Shown: positions 28,228 to 38,065 of the stretch, piece after piece
Position numbering within the stretch: the first letter of the stretch is position 1
Layout: the number at the start of each line of letters is the position of its first letter
Source: a virus
DNA: 64,000 nt
Reading direction: 5' to 3' (one strand)
Virus record (IMG/VR): IMGVR_UViG_3300025913_000027
Location: 1-64,000 of that record
Translations under genes and position numbers: made by a program
Notes under the pieces: model-generated
Told to the model about the DNA's origin: nothing
Databases searched by the model: none
Seen by the model: only the letters and a program-made list of their open reading frames with translations

Positions 28228-30042
28228 CCTATCCGTATGAAAAAGCCGCGCTCCGCATCGTGAGTTGGCTGCACGTCGCCGAGGACGACCTCGTCGGCGA
28301 GGTCGTGCAAACGTTCAACGGCGAGGTAGGGATGTGCAAGGAAGTGAAGCTTGACGATCACCACGGTCTGTGCTTTACGCTTGACGATCCGCCCCGGCCG
28401 GGGCGAGACGGCGCTCGACGCTGGTATCCAGTCTCAACGATCAGGATGAAGTCATGAGCAGCGCCATCAGCAAATTCAGTTCGCCGGTCAAGGCGCTCGA
28501 CCTCGACGACGATGACTTCCTCGACCGATGCGTCGCCGCGTACCGCGCGGAGTATGATCGATGGTGCTGGCGTCGAGCCCGGCCCCGCGTGGTCAAGGCT
28601 GAAATTCCGAAGAAGACACGCTACGAGCTTGTCCGCAACACGTCGCCGAACACTCAAGAGATTTTTAACCTCTCAAAATCCGAGTGCAAAGATCACCATG
28701 ATGCCGAGGCGTGGCTCAACACCATGCGCGGCAGAGCGGCGATGCGCGCAGCACTGGAGGCAATATGATAATTCAGCGACCCCGGCCCAAGCAGGGCAGT
28801 CGCTTCGCGTGGCTCCCGGTCTGGACCCCCGATGGTAAGGTTTGGCTTGAGTGGGTCCACTTCTCGTGGAATGATACCGAGTTCGGTAGCTACAGCTATG
28901 CGCGCTGGGTCCCCGAGGATCGGTACGAAAACGGCGAGCGCCGCAGCTTCGAGGCGCGGAGCTAGGGAATGCGGCAGATCGTCCATATGGTTAAAGCTGC
29001 GTTTGCAATCCCCGGGCCGGACGTTCGCACGCTATGCGGCGAAGTCGCCAACCCCTTTGAAAAAATCGCTGGCCCTGACCGATACAAGCTGCTATGCGTA
29101 TCAGGGTCCGTACTCGACGCTACGACAAAATCAAAGCTCGTCTCGTGCAAGAAATGTCTCAACCTCCTGACCATAGGAACGATCCATGTGCCCCGACCGA
29201 GTAGGTCCTCCAGCTCCCAGAAACGAGCCGTGGTGCCCGCCGCCGGAACAAGCCGCCGACGTGGCGGCCCAACCCCAGCGCGATCCCCTGCCCGACACGC
29301 CTGAGCAAGGCGCGGTCCGCACGCGGGAGTGTCAAGAGTGGATCGCCCGGTGCTTCGGAGGCGATCAACTCAGCGCCCGGGAGCGGCTAGTCGCCGAGCT
29401 TGCTTTTTGCGCCGGATGGTCAGCGCGGAAGCATGCTCAGTATCGTGCGATCTTAAACCATCTTGGTGGATAATGAGCATGCTGGTGCTCCTAGTCTTCC
29501 TCGTGCTCGCGGCTATCATCGGCACGCTGGCCGGAAACGAACGGAGAGAAAAATGAATGCGACTGAAACCTACTACCGCACGGTCGCGCTGTTCGCGTTC
29601 GTGCTGCTCGACCTCGGCGTCTGGAGCCTGATCCGATGACGCCGCTGATGCTCAGTCTGATTGCATGGCGCGCGGCGCATACAGCGGCGTATCCAGTCAG
29701 CTCGGCATCAGTAGTTGGTGCGCTTGTCAAACTGAGCAACCGAGGGCTCATGCTCGTGGACCCAGAAACGTGGGAGTATGTTCTGACCCCGCGCGGTAAG
29801 CATCTCGCAGACCGCGTCTTGCAGCGTTGGGATTTTCTCTGATGGACCTCAATAGCGCGATGCATGCAGCTCAGTACGGAGGCAAGGTCCGAGATGATGC
29901 GACTATGGCCCCGGACTGGACAGTGCGCTTCGTTTCAAGCGAGAGGCTGTTCTACTATTTCGATCCGGAAGGCAAGAGGGCTCACAAGATAAAATTCAGC
30001 GACGCTCAGCGCGCTTCATTCCAGTGGAGAATTGTGCCGTGA
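28224..30042 (+). other. run of small hypothetical ORFs (28224-28457, 28454-28768, about 28765-28965, 28969-, 29186-29473, 29636-29842, 29842-30042)
   Basis: Consecutive, mostly coupled plus-strand ORFs; no function recognised. Confidence 0.55.
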
Positions 30043-30497
30043 GCCAATTTCGAGGATCATCCGCGTGGAAGGCCGAGGCGTTCAAGGCCGAGCGCGACAT
30101 CAACCGGCAGTGGGAGGAATGGTCTCGCGCCAACGCCGTGGGTCCGCCCGGTGTTATCTACAGGCCGTATGTCAAGCGTAACGACGGCTGGATATTCTTC
30201 GGCCCCACGGACATCCGTGGTCGGCACCGCCGCTTCCACTTCGCCCTGCAATGGTTGAATTGCGACAGGCAGCTCCGGGTCCGCGTCGGCTGTCGTTACT
30301 ACACGTTGCCGCAAGCGTGGAAGCACTGGAGCGAGAAGCGAAGGCGCTCATACGCGGCGTCGAATAAGAACGAAGCCGAGCAGGCGCTTGCGATCATCTC
30401 GCTGATGCTCCTACAGGCGAAGGCCTACGGGCTATTGCCGATGTATCGGACTATTCGGTTCGACAGTTCAATTTGCAAGCCGAAAAGGAAAAAGTGA
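30039..30497 (+). CDS. hypothetical protein
   Basis: VRVGCRYYTLPQAWKHW; GTG start coupled to the upstream stop. Confidence 0.6.
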   Translation: MSQFRGSSAWKAEAFKAERDINRQWEEWSRANAVGPPGVIYRPYVKRNDGWIFFGPTDIRGRHRRFHFALQWLNCDRQLRVRVGCRYYTLPQAWKHWSEKRRRSYAASNKNEAEQALAIISLMLLQAKAYGLLPMYRTIRFDSSICKPKRKK

Positions 30498-30832
30498 TGT
30501 CCCCCTTCGCTGTCTTCGCGTGGTGCATATTCGCCGTCGCCATCGCTGCTGCACTCCCGTTTGCCTTCTCACGTCGGAAGATCGAAATCGGCCGTAACGC
30601 GGCTGGCGAAGTCGTGCCGATCTCGACAAGCCCTCCAATGCGCTTCGAGAATATCAAGCGCGAGCCGCTGGCGAGGCGCAAACACTTCGGCACTCGCACG
30701 TGAGATGCCTCAATACGAGCGACCGAGAAAAACTGCTTGACCTCATCGTCGAGGCCGAGCTAGTAGAGATCGTCTACGCTCGCGTCGAGCACGGATCAAT
30801 CTACTGCACCATTCAACGGAGAAAGAACGACA

Positions 30833-31057
30833 ATGGCAACATCAGCCGAACAACTGATCCTTCGGGGTCTCAACCTGATCATCCGAGCGAGCTTTTCGCC
30901 GAATGATCCTGTCGCTCAGGCGAAGCACTTCGCCGGGATCACTGCCGACATCGGCCCATGGTTGAACGACTACGCGGCAGAGATCGAAAAGCCCGCTGTC
31001 GATTTCACGCTTACGCGGGCTGACGAGCCGGATCAGGGCGGCGGGTTTCAGCAGTAA
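30833..31057 (+). CDS. hypothetical protein
   Basis: 74 aa with a GGAGA RBS. Confidence 0.55.
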   Translation: MATSAEQLILRGLNLIIRASFSPNDPVAQAKHFAGITADIGPWLNDYAAEIEKPAVDFTLTRADEPDQGGGFQQ

Positions 31058-31069
31058 AGGGGACAACCA

Positions 31070-31438
31070 ATGGCCAAGACACGACGCACCAAAACTAATC
31101 GCTCCCCCGGGAGACCGTATCGCAACTCGCGAGCTTATGTCATCGAAAAGGGCGACATGATCACGACGAAGGGCGTGCGCGGGCGCACCAAGGTCATCCG
31201 TGTCGTCAACGATGAAGGCAAGCGAGTGACCTCGGTCCGTAGCGTAGCCGTCGTTCCGCAGATCGCGGCGAAGGGGAAGGCCAAGACGATCTTCGTCGGC
31301 CGGAAGTACACGGGCGTCGCGCGGAGCAAGGTCTATCCGACCCACGGTAAGAAGCGAGGCGGCGTCGAGGTGAAACCGGCCGGGCTTTTGGCGCGAGCCG
31401 CTAAGGCGGTCAAGAGCGTCATCGTCCATGAGGCTTGA
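31070..31438 (+). CDS. very basic small protein, possibly nucleic-acid binding
   Basis: K/R-rich 122 aa with RBS. Confidence 0.6.
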   Translation: MAKTRRTKTNRSPGRPYRNSRAYVIEKGDMITTKGVRGRTKVIRVVNDEGKRVTSVRSVAVVPQIAAKGKAKTIFVGRKYTGVARSKVYPTHGKKRGGVEVKPAGLLARAAKAVKSVIVHEA

Positions 31439-31829
31439 CGACGCGATCAAGGTCGTCCGGGACCTCCGGCGATATCGTCATCGAAACTGTCGCGTCCCGC
31501 ACTCGCGGGGCGCGCTTCTCCGTAACACGCTGATACCGAACTCGACCTCGGCCGAATTTAGGCTGGCCGTTGATGCCCAGAAGAACCCTTTTGGTAAGGT
31601 GGTTTGGGTCGAGATCACCGCGCTCCGTTCCGAACAGCGCTGCCTCTCTTTTCGGCGGCTGCTGATCCAGTTGCGACGATATCCGCTCAAGAAGTTGCCC
31701 ATAGTTGTGGGCCTCCCCGGCGGCGTCTATTATCTCTGGGATGGCAATCATCGCGCGACAGCGGCGGCGCTGCTCGGCAAGCGTCGCGTGAAGTGTCTGT
31801 GTGTTGGCGGGATCAAGGCGCAATTATGA
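31428..31829 (+). CDS. ParB/Srx-like domain protein
   Basis: LPIVV...YYLWDGNHRATAA. Confidence 0.7.
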   Translation: MRLDDAIKVVRDLRRYRHRNCRVPHSRGALLRNTLIPNSTSAEFRLAVDAQKNPFGKVVWVEITALRSEQRCLSFRRLLIQLRRYPLKKLPIVVGLPGGVYYLWDGNHRATAAALLGKRRVKCLCVGGIKAQL

Positions 31830-32068
31830 AAAATAGACCCGCGAAAAGATCAGCAGATAGGCGTCAGCGATATCTCGCTAGGGCGTATCTAGACCTCGGG
31901 ATCGAAGAGATCGATCCGAAGCTCGCCGAGCTATTACGAAGTAAGGCGTCAGCTCAACGGATCAGGGCGTACTTGATCAGCACGGCCAGTAGATAAATCC
32001 ACGCGGCGGTCAAGGCTAGTGGGAGGATGCAACCGACGAGGTCGTCGATCCATGTCGGCGGATCGCGA

Positions 32069-33151
32069 TCAGGCGGCGTCATCTTTCAACTCTTCGTCGA
32101 GGTCGATCCACGCCTCGCCGAGCTGCTGCTCAGTCATCCGCTTGCGAACGGCTTCGAGTGCTCGGCGCTCTAGCCGGGCAAGCTCCAGAGTGATCTCGTC
32201 GTGGATATCGAGCAACATCTCAAAATCCTGCGCTATCGTCGAATGAGAATGTTCGAACAGGTTGCGTTTCGTCACCATCCGCGAAGACCACCATGTCTCC
32301 GTCCGCCACTTCGTCTACCGCGCGGCGGTCCCAGAACCGGTGAATGAAGTCGGGCCGCCCGAATGCCCTGACGGCAGCCCAGTAGCGATCATCCTTGAAC
32401 CCTACAAAATGCATCATTGATCTTCTCGCACTGCTCTTTGCATCGGGTCAGGGTCCGCGCCCAGACGATGCCATGCTCTCGGGTCAGATAGCTCCGCGTC
32501 GTGCGCGCCGTGTAGCCGAAGGTCCCGCCACGATCATAGGCCCAGACTATATGGAAGGTCCGGTCCTCGGCCGTAGCGTGATACTCGTAGCTCGGCTTGC
32601 CATTGTGCTCGCCGTCTCGGGTTCGGGTCCATTGCAGGGTCATGTTTGGCTCTCCGTGAAGACGTACTCAATCAGGTAGGCGATGTAGCCCGGAACGTTC
32701 TCTTGCTTGAGTTTCCGGTTGATCTCCGGCATCGCCGGAGTTACGATCTCGGCGAGGACCCGGCGATGAAAGTTAGAGCGGTCGGTGTTCCAAATCTTGA
32801 TCGCCCGCTTGATCTCGGCCGGGGTCAGGAAGTCGCGTAGCGTGATCATCAGACCGAGTTCCTTGCGTAGGCCTCCACGGGCGGCTCCCAGAAGTACGTC
32901 GCGACCGGACCCGGAGCGACAGCGCCGTCGATCAGACGCACGCGCCACGCGGAGCAGCCCCGAGCATTGAGCTTGTCAACCCAGTTGCGGCAGAGATCGC
33001 GAGCGTGCTGCTCGCTGTCGGCATCAAGCTCGCACCATGAGCCATCGTCGCACTCGACGAACACAACGTACTCGGCCTTGCGAGCAACGCGACCCGCGTT
33101 GCGCTCGGCAGTGAGAAGGTCGTTGACGGTAGAGGCAGAGAACTTCGGCAT
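32069..33151 (-). other. island of five small minus-strand ORFs (32069-32278, 32220-32417, 32389-32643, 32640-about 32850, 32849-33151)
   Basis: Coupled ORFs transcribed away from the 33150-33340 intergenic region. Confidence 0.6.
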
Positions 33152-33267
33152 CGCTGTAGCTCCAGCCCGTGATTGGGCATGGATCGAACATACACGGCCG
33201 GACCGGGACCGCAAGCAGAAGCCTGCCATATGGTTTCCAAACTGTAAAGCCCCTTGTGCCGCAGCCG

Positions 33268-33286
33268 TTAGGATGGTATTAACCAT
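33268..33286. promoter_or_regulatory. CtrA-like box in a divergent intergenic region
   Basis: TTAG-GATGGTA-TTAACCAT, one mismatch to TTAA-N7-TTAAC. Confidence 0.5.
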
Positions 33287-33337
33287 TGGTTCCGGTTTGC
33301 CTTGCGTTCGGCTCCGAGGGGGCGTACATCGGAGCCT

Positions 33338-33571
33338 ATGAGCAAGCGACTGACACAGAAGGCGACGCGCGTGAAGCAAGTGCTTGACGCTGTCGGCAAC
33401 AGTCATCTCGATCTAGTCCGTGGTGACGGCTACTGGTATTTCGTCTACGACGATGTAGCGAAAGGTCGCTATGAGACGCTCAGCGTCTACACGATGCGGC
33501 TCGGCGACTTCTCTGTCGAGCAGTGGGCTGCGGACGGACGTGAGTTCTGTACGAAAATGGAGAGCAAATGA
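33338..33571 (+). CDS. hypothetical phage protein
   Basis: LVRGDGYWYF; GGAG RBS. Confidence 0.65.
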   Translation: MSKRLTQKATRVKQVLDAVGNSHLDLVRGDGYWYFVYDDVAKGRYETLSVYTMRLGDFSVEQWAADGREFCTKMESK

Positions 33572-33906
33572 CCCGCCCAGCGACGCAAGACGAGATATTC
33601 GATCATAACCGCGATCTCCGTAAGCATGAAGAGGTGCGCTATCCGATACAGGTGCATCTTAACGACCTTCGGCTCGCCGACGTGGTCGAGCTTTTCGAGG
33701 GGCCGTTCGGCACCGCCGTCGTGACCCAAATCGACGGGGATGAAGTGACCCTGCATCGCCCTTATGGCGTGACTGGGGACTTCTCCTACACGGGCGGCGT
33801 CCCGTACTCGGTCGGTAACGAGGTTTGCAAGTACCTCAAGTGCGACACACGCTACACGGCGAAGTCGCACACGTTCAAGGTCTGGCAGCGAAAGGACCTC
33901 CGATGA
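33568..33906 (+). CDS. hypothetical protein
   Basis: ATGA-coupled on both sides. Confidence 0.65.
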   Translation: MTRPATQDEIFDHNRDLRKHEEVRYPIQVHLNDLRLADVVELFEGPFGTAVVTQIDGDEVTLHRPYGVTGDFSYTGGVPYSVGNEVCKYLKCDTRYTAKSHTFKVWQRKDLR

Positions 33907-34214
33907 AGGGACGGCTCACAATCATCCGCTCGGACGGGACGAGGGCGGTCACCGATCTTTCGGCACCGCCAACTCTTGAGCAGCTACGCGAGGGCGTAGG
34001 TGGGCCTATAGAAGTCGTCCCGTTCTTCACGACATTCGCTGATGCCGCGTGCGTTGCATTCTGCCACGAAGAGGGAAAGCTAGACGGCCTGCCCGTGAAC
34101 CTCACTGCTCAGGCGCTTTGGGAGACAGCCGTTGGTGGACCCATACAGACTGACATTCTTGTCGGTCCGATTGTTATCGTCTCGGGCGATACTGAGCTTC
34201 TGGAGGCGCTCTGA
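33903..34214 (+). CDS. DUF3846-like protein
   Basis: LEQLREGVGGPIEVV...CHEEGKLDGLPVNLTA...DILVGPIVI. Confidence 0.75.
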   Translation: MKGRLTIIRSDGTRAVTDLSAPPTLEQLREGVGGPIEVVPFFTTFADAACVAFCHEEGKLDGLPVNLTAQALWETAVGGPIQTDILVGPIVIVSGDTELLEAL

Positions 34215-34341
34215 TGAAGAAAGCTGTAATCATCGTCTTTAATCTGGCGTTCGCAGGCTTCATGATCATGAGCGCGGCTGCGGAGTTTCGGAAGCCATCG
34301 CCTGCCTATGGCGTGAAGGCTGTCTTCGAGGTGTATCGCTG

Positions 34342-34566
34342 ATGGCAAACGTAGTTAAGCAGGGCGTCCACAAGCGGCTGCCGCGCATTACGAATGGGCT
34401 GCTTTCGACGGGCGAGTGTCATGTGGAGGGTACGCTTCTCTACACGGTCGGCGTATGGGGTCTCGATCCGGATCAGAAGCACATTGAGTATCAGGTGCAG
34501 TTCACGGAAGCAGAGATGGTTCGTATCTGCGGCCAGTGGCTCACGATGAAGGCGCGACGCCTATGA
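34342..34566 (+). CDS. hypothetical protein
   Basis: GAGG RBS, 74 aa. Confidence 0.55.
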   Translation: MANVVKQGVHKRLPRITNGLLSTGECHVEGTLLYTVGVWGLDPDQKHIEYQVQFTEAEMVRICGQWLTMKARRL

Positions 34567-34724
34567 CGAGCGATCTACCTGACATTCCTGAATACCTGAA
34601 AATCTCGCAGGAGGAACGAAAGGCCGCGTGGGAAAAATTCCGCGCGGCAAAACCGCTGCCGCCAGAGAAGAAACTCTATCGGCCGCTAACTGGAGCGATA
34701 CCTGATGACCCAGCAGACAGTTGA
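34563..34724 (+). CDS. small protein with an LPDIPEYLK motif
   Basis: ATG 34563 overlaps the upstream stop. Confidence 0.55.
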   Translation: MTSDLPDIPEYLKISQEERKAAWEKFRAAKPLPPEKKLYRPLTGAIPDDPADS

Positions 34725-35031
34725 CGCCGTGCTCCGCGATCTTGCGGCGCGTGGAGAACTCAATCATGTGAGCCTCATGCCATCGCAGGATGGCAAGATG
34801 TGGCGAGCATCATTCGCAATGTGTTCGAAGTTCGGTATCTCATTCGCCGAGGACGCTGACCCGGCGCAGGCTATCATCCTCGCTTGCACGACGGCGAAGC
34901 TGAAACCCCGTCCGGCGGAGAGGCGTCCGACCTCAATCGATCTCGAAGCCGAGCGCTTGCCGACCCGCGAGGGCCTGCGTGCTGCTGCGGATGCGGTCGA
35001 GGCGGCGAGTGATGTAGAAGACCTCATGTAG
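34705..35031 (+). CDS. hypothetical protein ending DVEDLM
   Basis: 108-aa ORF. Confidence 0.65.
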   Translation: MTQQTVDAVLRDLAARGELNHVSLMPSQDGKMWRASFAMCSKFGISFAEDADPAQAIILACTTAKLKPRPAERRPTSIDLEAERLPTREGLRAAADAVEAASDVEDLM

Positions 35032-35034
35032 TGC

Positions 35035-35067
35035 CTAGTTGATCCAGCTCTCGGGATGCGCTAAGTT
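35035..35067 (+). promoter_or_regulatory. putative late-class promoter
   Basis: CTAG-TTGATC-N17-TAAGTT, same architecture as the element before the capsid gene. Confidence 0.55.
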
Positions 35068-35103
35068 TAACGCCCAATCCCGAGAGACCCGGAGGCCCCT
35101 GTC

Positions 35104-35346
35104 ATGGCCAAGCTCACTGCGAAAGCGCGCAAGAAAATCCCGTCGTCGAAGTTTGCCCTCCCGGGCAAAAAGGGTAAACCGGGTAAGTATCCCGTGCCCG
35201 ACAAGGCGCATGCTGCGAACGCCAAGGCCCGCGCCAGCGAGATGGTAGCGAAGGGCAAGCTCTCTCCCGAGCAGGCTGCCAAGATCAGGCACAAGGCCGA
35301 CGCCGTTCTCGGCAAGCACGACACCAATTATCACAACAAGGGCTGA
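35104..35346 (+). CDS. small basic phage protein (DUF6582-like)
   Basis: LTAKARKKIPSSKFALP...YPVPDKAHAANAKAR; GGAGG RBS. Confidence 0.75.
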   Translation: MAKLTAKARKKIPSSKFALPGKKGKPGKYPVPDKAHAANAKARASEMVAKGKLSPEQAAKIRHKADAVLGKHDTNYHNKG

Positions 35347-35352
35347 CATCTC

Positions 35353-35607
35353 ATGAAGGACGCCCTCGGTCATGGATCAAACGCTTTGGGGACAGCGCTG
35401 AAAGAGCGGCTCGCCGAGCAGGCTCGGATGTTCGGCGCGCAGACCCCTGTCGTATCGACAGCGCCGAAGTCCAATCCGGTCCCGGTCCATCCCGCGATGG
35501 CCCCGGTCATTCGCGCGCCCGAAGTTCGGGCAAACGATTATCGTTCGAATGGGCAAGAGGCGAACCGCAGTCTTGTGGCGAGCATTCGCAATAGGGGGCT
35601 CCGATGA
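35353..35607 (+). CDS. KDxxGHGSN-leader protein 1
   Basis: Starts MKDALGHGSNA; also contains KSNPVPVHPAM. Confidence 0.85.
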   Translation: MKDALGHGSNALGTALKERLAEQARMFGAQTPVVSTAPKSNPVPVHPAMAPVIRAPEVRANDYRSNGQEANRSLVASIRNRGLR

Positions 35608-35948
35608 AAGACGCAAAAGGTCACGGCAGCAATGCAGGCGCGCACTCGGGCGGCGTCCAGAAGACCCCACAACTCCAGCGCCGCCACTTTGAGGCGATAG
35701 CCGCCGACCTGAAAGCCAAGAACGCGAGCCCAGACGAGGTTCATGCAATGGCTGACAAACTCGCGACCACCAACCCCGGCTTCCGGCGCGACTTCTTTGT
35801 CGCGGCAGCGACCGGCGGCAACTATCGGTTCAAGGGTCCGGGGGCTAAGGCCGAAGCTGTAGCGAAGAAAGCCGGGAGCTTCCAAGCCGCTGCTCGCGCG
35901 TTCTCGGACAAGACTGCAACGATGCGCGCCGAGCGCGGAAAGAAGTAG
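35604..35948 (+). CDS. KDxxGHGSN-leader protein 2
   Basis: Starts MKDAKGHGSNAGAHSGGVQKTP; cargo RRHFEAIA...NPGFRRDFF. Confidence 0.85.
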   Translation: MKDAKGHGSNAGAHSGGVQKTPQLQRRHFEAIAADLKAKNASPDEVHAMADKLATTNPGFRRDFFVAAATGGNYRFKGPGAKAEAVAKKAGSFQAAARAFSDKTATMRAERGKK

Positions 35949-36040
35949 TAATGGTATGCGCCGCTTGGTCGATGCCCTGTTTAGGCTCGGCCTGCTGCTG
36001 GTAGCAGGGAGTATTCTGCTCGCGTTGATAGGAAGACGGT

Positions 36041-36280
36041 ATGAAGGATGCATTCGGCCACGGGAGCAATGCCAAGCTGACCCAGACGCACGGCCCCGCG
36101 TCACCGATGCCGCGCGGCCCGACCGGTAAGGGTAGCGGCGAGCACAGTTCGGGCGGCATCGCTGTCACGTCGAACGCGCAGGCGGCTCAGGCGTTGATGT
36201 CTGTGTTGAAATCTACGCAAGCCCCTATTCATCCTGCGATGGCTTTGCGGTCGTCGCCAGACGGCGGATCAGCATCATGA
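36041..36280 (+). CDS. KDxxGHGSN-leader protein 3
   Basis: Starts MKDAFGHGSNA; contains AQALMSVLKSTQAPIHPAM. Confidence 0.85.
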   Translation: MKDAFGHGSNAKLTQTHGPASPMPRGPTGKGSGEHSSGGIAVTSNAQAAQALMSVLKSTQAPIHPAMALRSSPDGGSAS

Positions 36281-36441
36281 GCACAAAGAGGGAAGTCAAT
36301 GATCAAGTCGCGCAAGCTGCACTTTGCTATGGCGGCAAGTCTTGCAAGATGCCTACGCACTCTTCAATGGCAAGCACCGAAGAGAACCCCGACGCCAGTG
36401 CGACCGACGCCGAGCCCGATAGCGAAGACTACGAAGATTAA
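36277..36441 (+). CDS. 54-aa protein with the KSxxxPxHxxM motif (absent from the ORF track)
   Basis: Hand translation MSTKREVNDQVAQAALCYGGKSCKMPTHSSM...EDYED-stop; ATGA-coupled. Confidence 0.7.
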   Translation: MSTKREVNDQVAQAALCYGGKSCKMPTHSSMASTEENPDASATDAEPDSEDYED

Positions 36442-36453
36442 GGGAGTTTGATC

Positions 36454-36900
36454 ATGGCGAAAGATGCACTAGGCCACGGCAGCAATGCGCGCGGCGGTAA
36501 GAGGGCTCTCGCGAAACCTATTCCGGGTCACCCGTTCCATACGAAGTCCGACGCCGAACTTCGCTTCATCGCCAAGGATGCAGCCGAGGCCGGGCGCAAC
36601 GCGCAGGAGATGGGCGATCAGCGCGGCGTCAGTAAGTACGCCGATCAAGTCGCGGACGCGGCGACTGTCATGGGTTATCGCAATCGCGGCGGCGCGCAGG
36701 ACCTCGGGTCGCGGGCAGCGAGCGAGCTGGCCAGCGGCGCGAAGTCGGCGACTGTTCCGGTTCACGACAGCATGAGCACGGATGCGTTCGGCCGTCCGCG
36801 CTCCGCCGAAAACCGCGCCGAGTACGACGAATATAATCGTGATCTCGCTCTACGCGCTCGCAACGGACAGGTCGGAAGCGGCATGAAGTTCCGGGGCTGA
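36454..36900 (+). CDS. KDxxGHGSN-leader protein 4
   Basis: Starts MAKDALGHGSNA; cargo SDAELRFIAKDAAEA; contains GAKSATVPVHDSM. Confidence 0.85.
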   Translation: MAKDALGHGSNARGGKRALAKPIPGHPFHTKSDAELRFIAKDAAEAGRNAQEMGDQRGVSKYADQVADAATVMGYRNRGGAQDLGSRAASELASGAKSATVPVHDSMSTDAFGRPRSAENRAEYDEYNRDLALRARNGQVGSGMKFRG

Positions 36901-36901
36901 C

Positions 36902-37057
36902 ATGGTCGGCCAGAGAATTTCGAAGCCCGTGCAACCAATTGTTAAGATTGTTCTGCCAAACCGAGTGCGCCGAACGCCGGTCCCTGCTATCAGCCCCGAG
37001 CTGGACAAGGCGCTCGACGAATTTGTTGCGGACAAGCCGAAGGACATCGCGAAATGA
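36902..37057 (+). CDS. 51-aa hypothetical protein (absent from the ORF track)
   Basis: MVGQRISKPVQP...KDIAK-stop fills the gap exactly; its stop overlaps the next ATG. Confidence 0.5.
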   Translation: MVGQRISKPVQPIVKIVLPNRVRRTPVPAISPELDKALDEFVADKPKDIAK

Positions 37058-37290
37058 AAGACCCACTGGGACATGGCAGCAACGGGCGCGGGGCTTTCAA
37101 GGCCCCGAAGCACCAGTACAAGGTCGAGCGCCACATCGCATTCCACGGCCAGACAGCGGCCGGGCAGAAGGTGACTACGTCCGGCAACGTCTGGGGCAAG
37201 GTCGGCGCGAGCACGCGTCGCGCGGTCGCAGAGAAGATCGCCCAGTTCACGCGGGTCGATGATAAAAATGCCCGAGTGAGGATCAGGTGA
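37054..37290 (+). CDS. KDxxGHGSN-leader protein 5
   Basis: Starts MKDPLGHGSNG. Confidence 0.85.
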   Translation: MKDPLGHGSNGRGAFKAPKHQYKVERHIAFHGQTAAGQKVTTSGNVWGKVGASTRRAVAEKIAQFTRVDDKNARVRIR

Positions 37291-37616
37291 AAGACGCGAA
37301 GGGACACGGCAGCAACGCGCACAGTGACGGGGTCGAGAAAATCCCGGGTACAGCTTACGCGGTGCATCGTGACCACAACATTCAGCTAACTGCGATCAAC
37401 GAAGCGCATGCGAGAGTGCTCGCCCAATTCCCTAAAGGCCCGATGGGGCTGACCCCGGACCACGTCAGGGCGACGCCGGAGTACAAGACTGCCAAAGCAA
37501 ATTTCGATAGGTCCTTCGCTGCACTTCGGGACCACAACGCATTCATGACCAAGAACTTCAAGAAAGAAATGAAGGCGGATCGCGACGCGAGACGACAGGC
37601 GAGGTTAAAGAAATGA
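37287..37616 (+). CDS. KDxxGHGSN-leader protein 6
   Basis: GTG start, MKDAKGHGSNAHSDGVEKIPG; cargo FPKGPMGLTPDHVRATPEY. Confidence 0.85.
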   Translation: MKDAKGHGSNAHSDGVEKIPGTAYAVHRDHNIQLTAINEAHARVLAQFPKGPMGLTPDHVRATPEYKTAKANFDRSFAALRDHNAFMTKNFKKEMKADRDARRQARLKK

Positions 37617-38065
37617 AGGACGCGAAGGGACACGGCAGCAACGCGCACAACGCGGGCGTCGCGGCCCTCCCGAAGAGCTGGTCGGGTATCGGCTATCACG
37701 GGACTGCCTCGAAGTTCGAAGAGTTCAAGGCGGCCGAGCCTGTCACGCCAGTTGGCAAAGACCTCAAGGGTATCTACTTTTCTGGAGATGCAAGATCGGC
37801 ATCGGGATACGCGGCCCGGGCGAGCAGACGCGAAGGGGCGGATCGACAGAGCGTAATCGAGGCTCAGCTCCACATGAATAATCCGCTCGACATCACGGCG
37901 GCGATCAAAAACGGACAACGTAGAGGGCTATCATTCGGAGATGCGAAGCGGGAGGCGCTCAAAGGCGTGCAGCCGCACCACGACGGCGTCATCTTCAAGG
38001 GCAACTCGGCGAACCCGCCGGAGTACATCGTGTTTCATCCATCGCAGATAAAGAGGACGAAATGA
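37613..38065 (+). CDS. KDxxGHGSN-leader protein 7 with ADP-ribosyltransferase-like cargo
   Basis: MKDAKGHGSNAHNAG, then YHGT...GIYFS...ASGYA...NPL...HDGVI...EYIVFHPSQIK. The ART-like call is an inference. Confidence 0.8.
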   Translation: MKDAKGHGSNAHNAGVAALPKSWSGIGYHGTASKFEEFKAAEPVTPVGKDLKGIYFSGDARSASGYAARASRREGADRQSVIEAQLHMNNPLDITAAIKNGQRRGLSFGDAKREALKGVQPHHDGVIFKGNSANPPEYIVFHPSQIKRTK

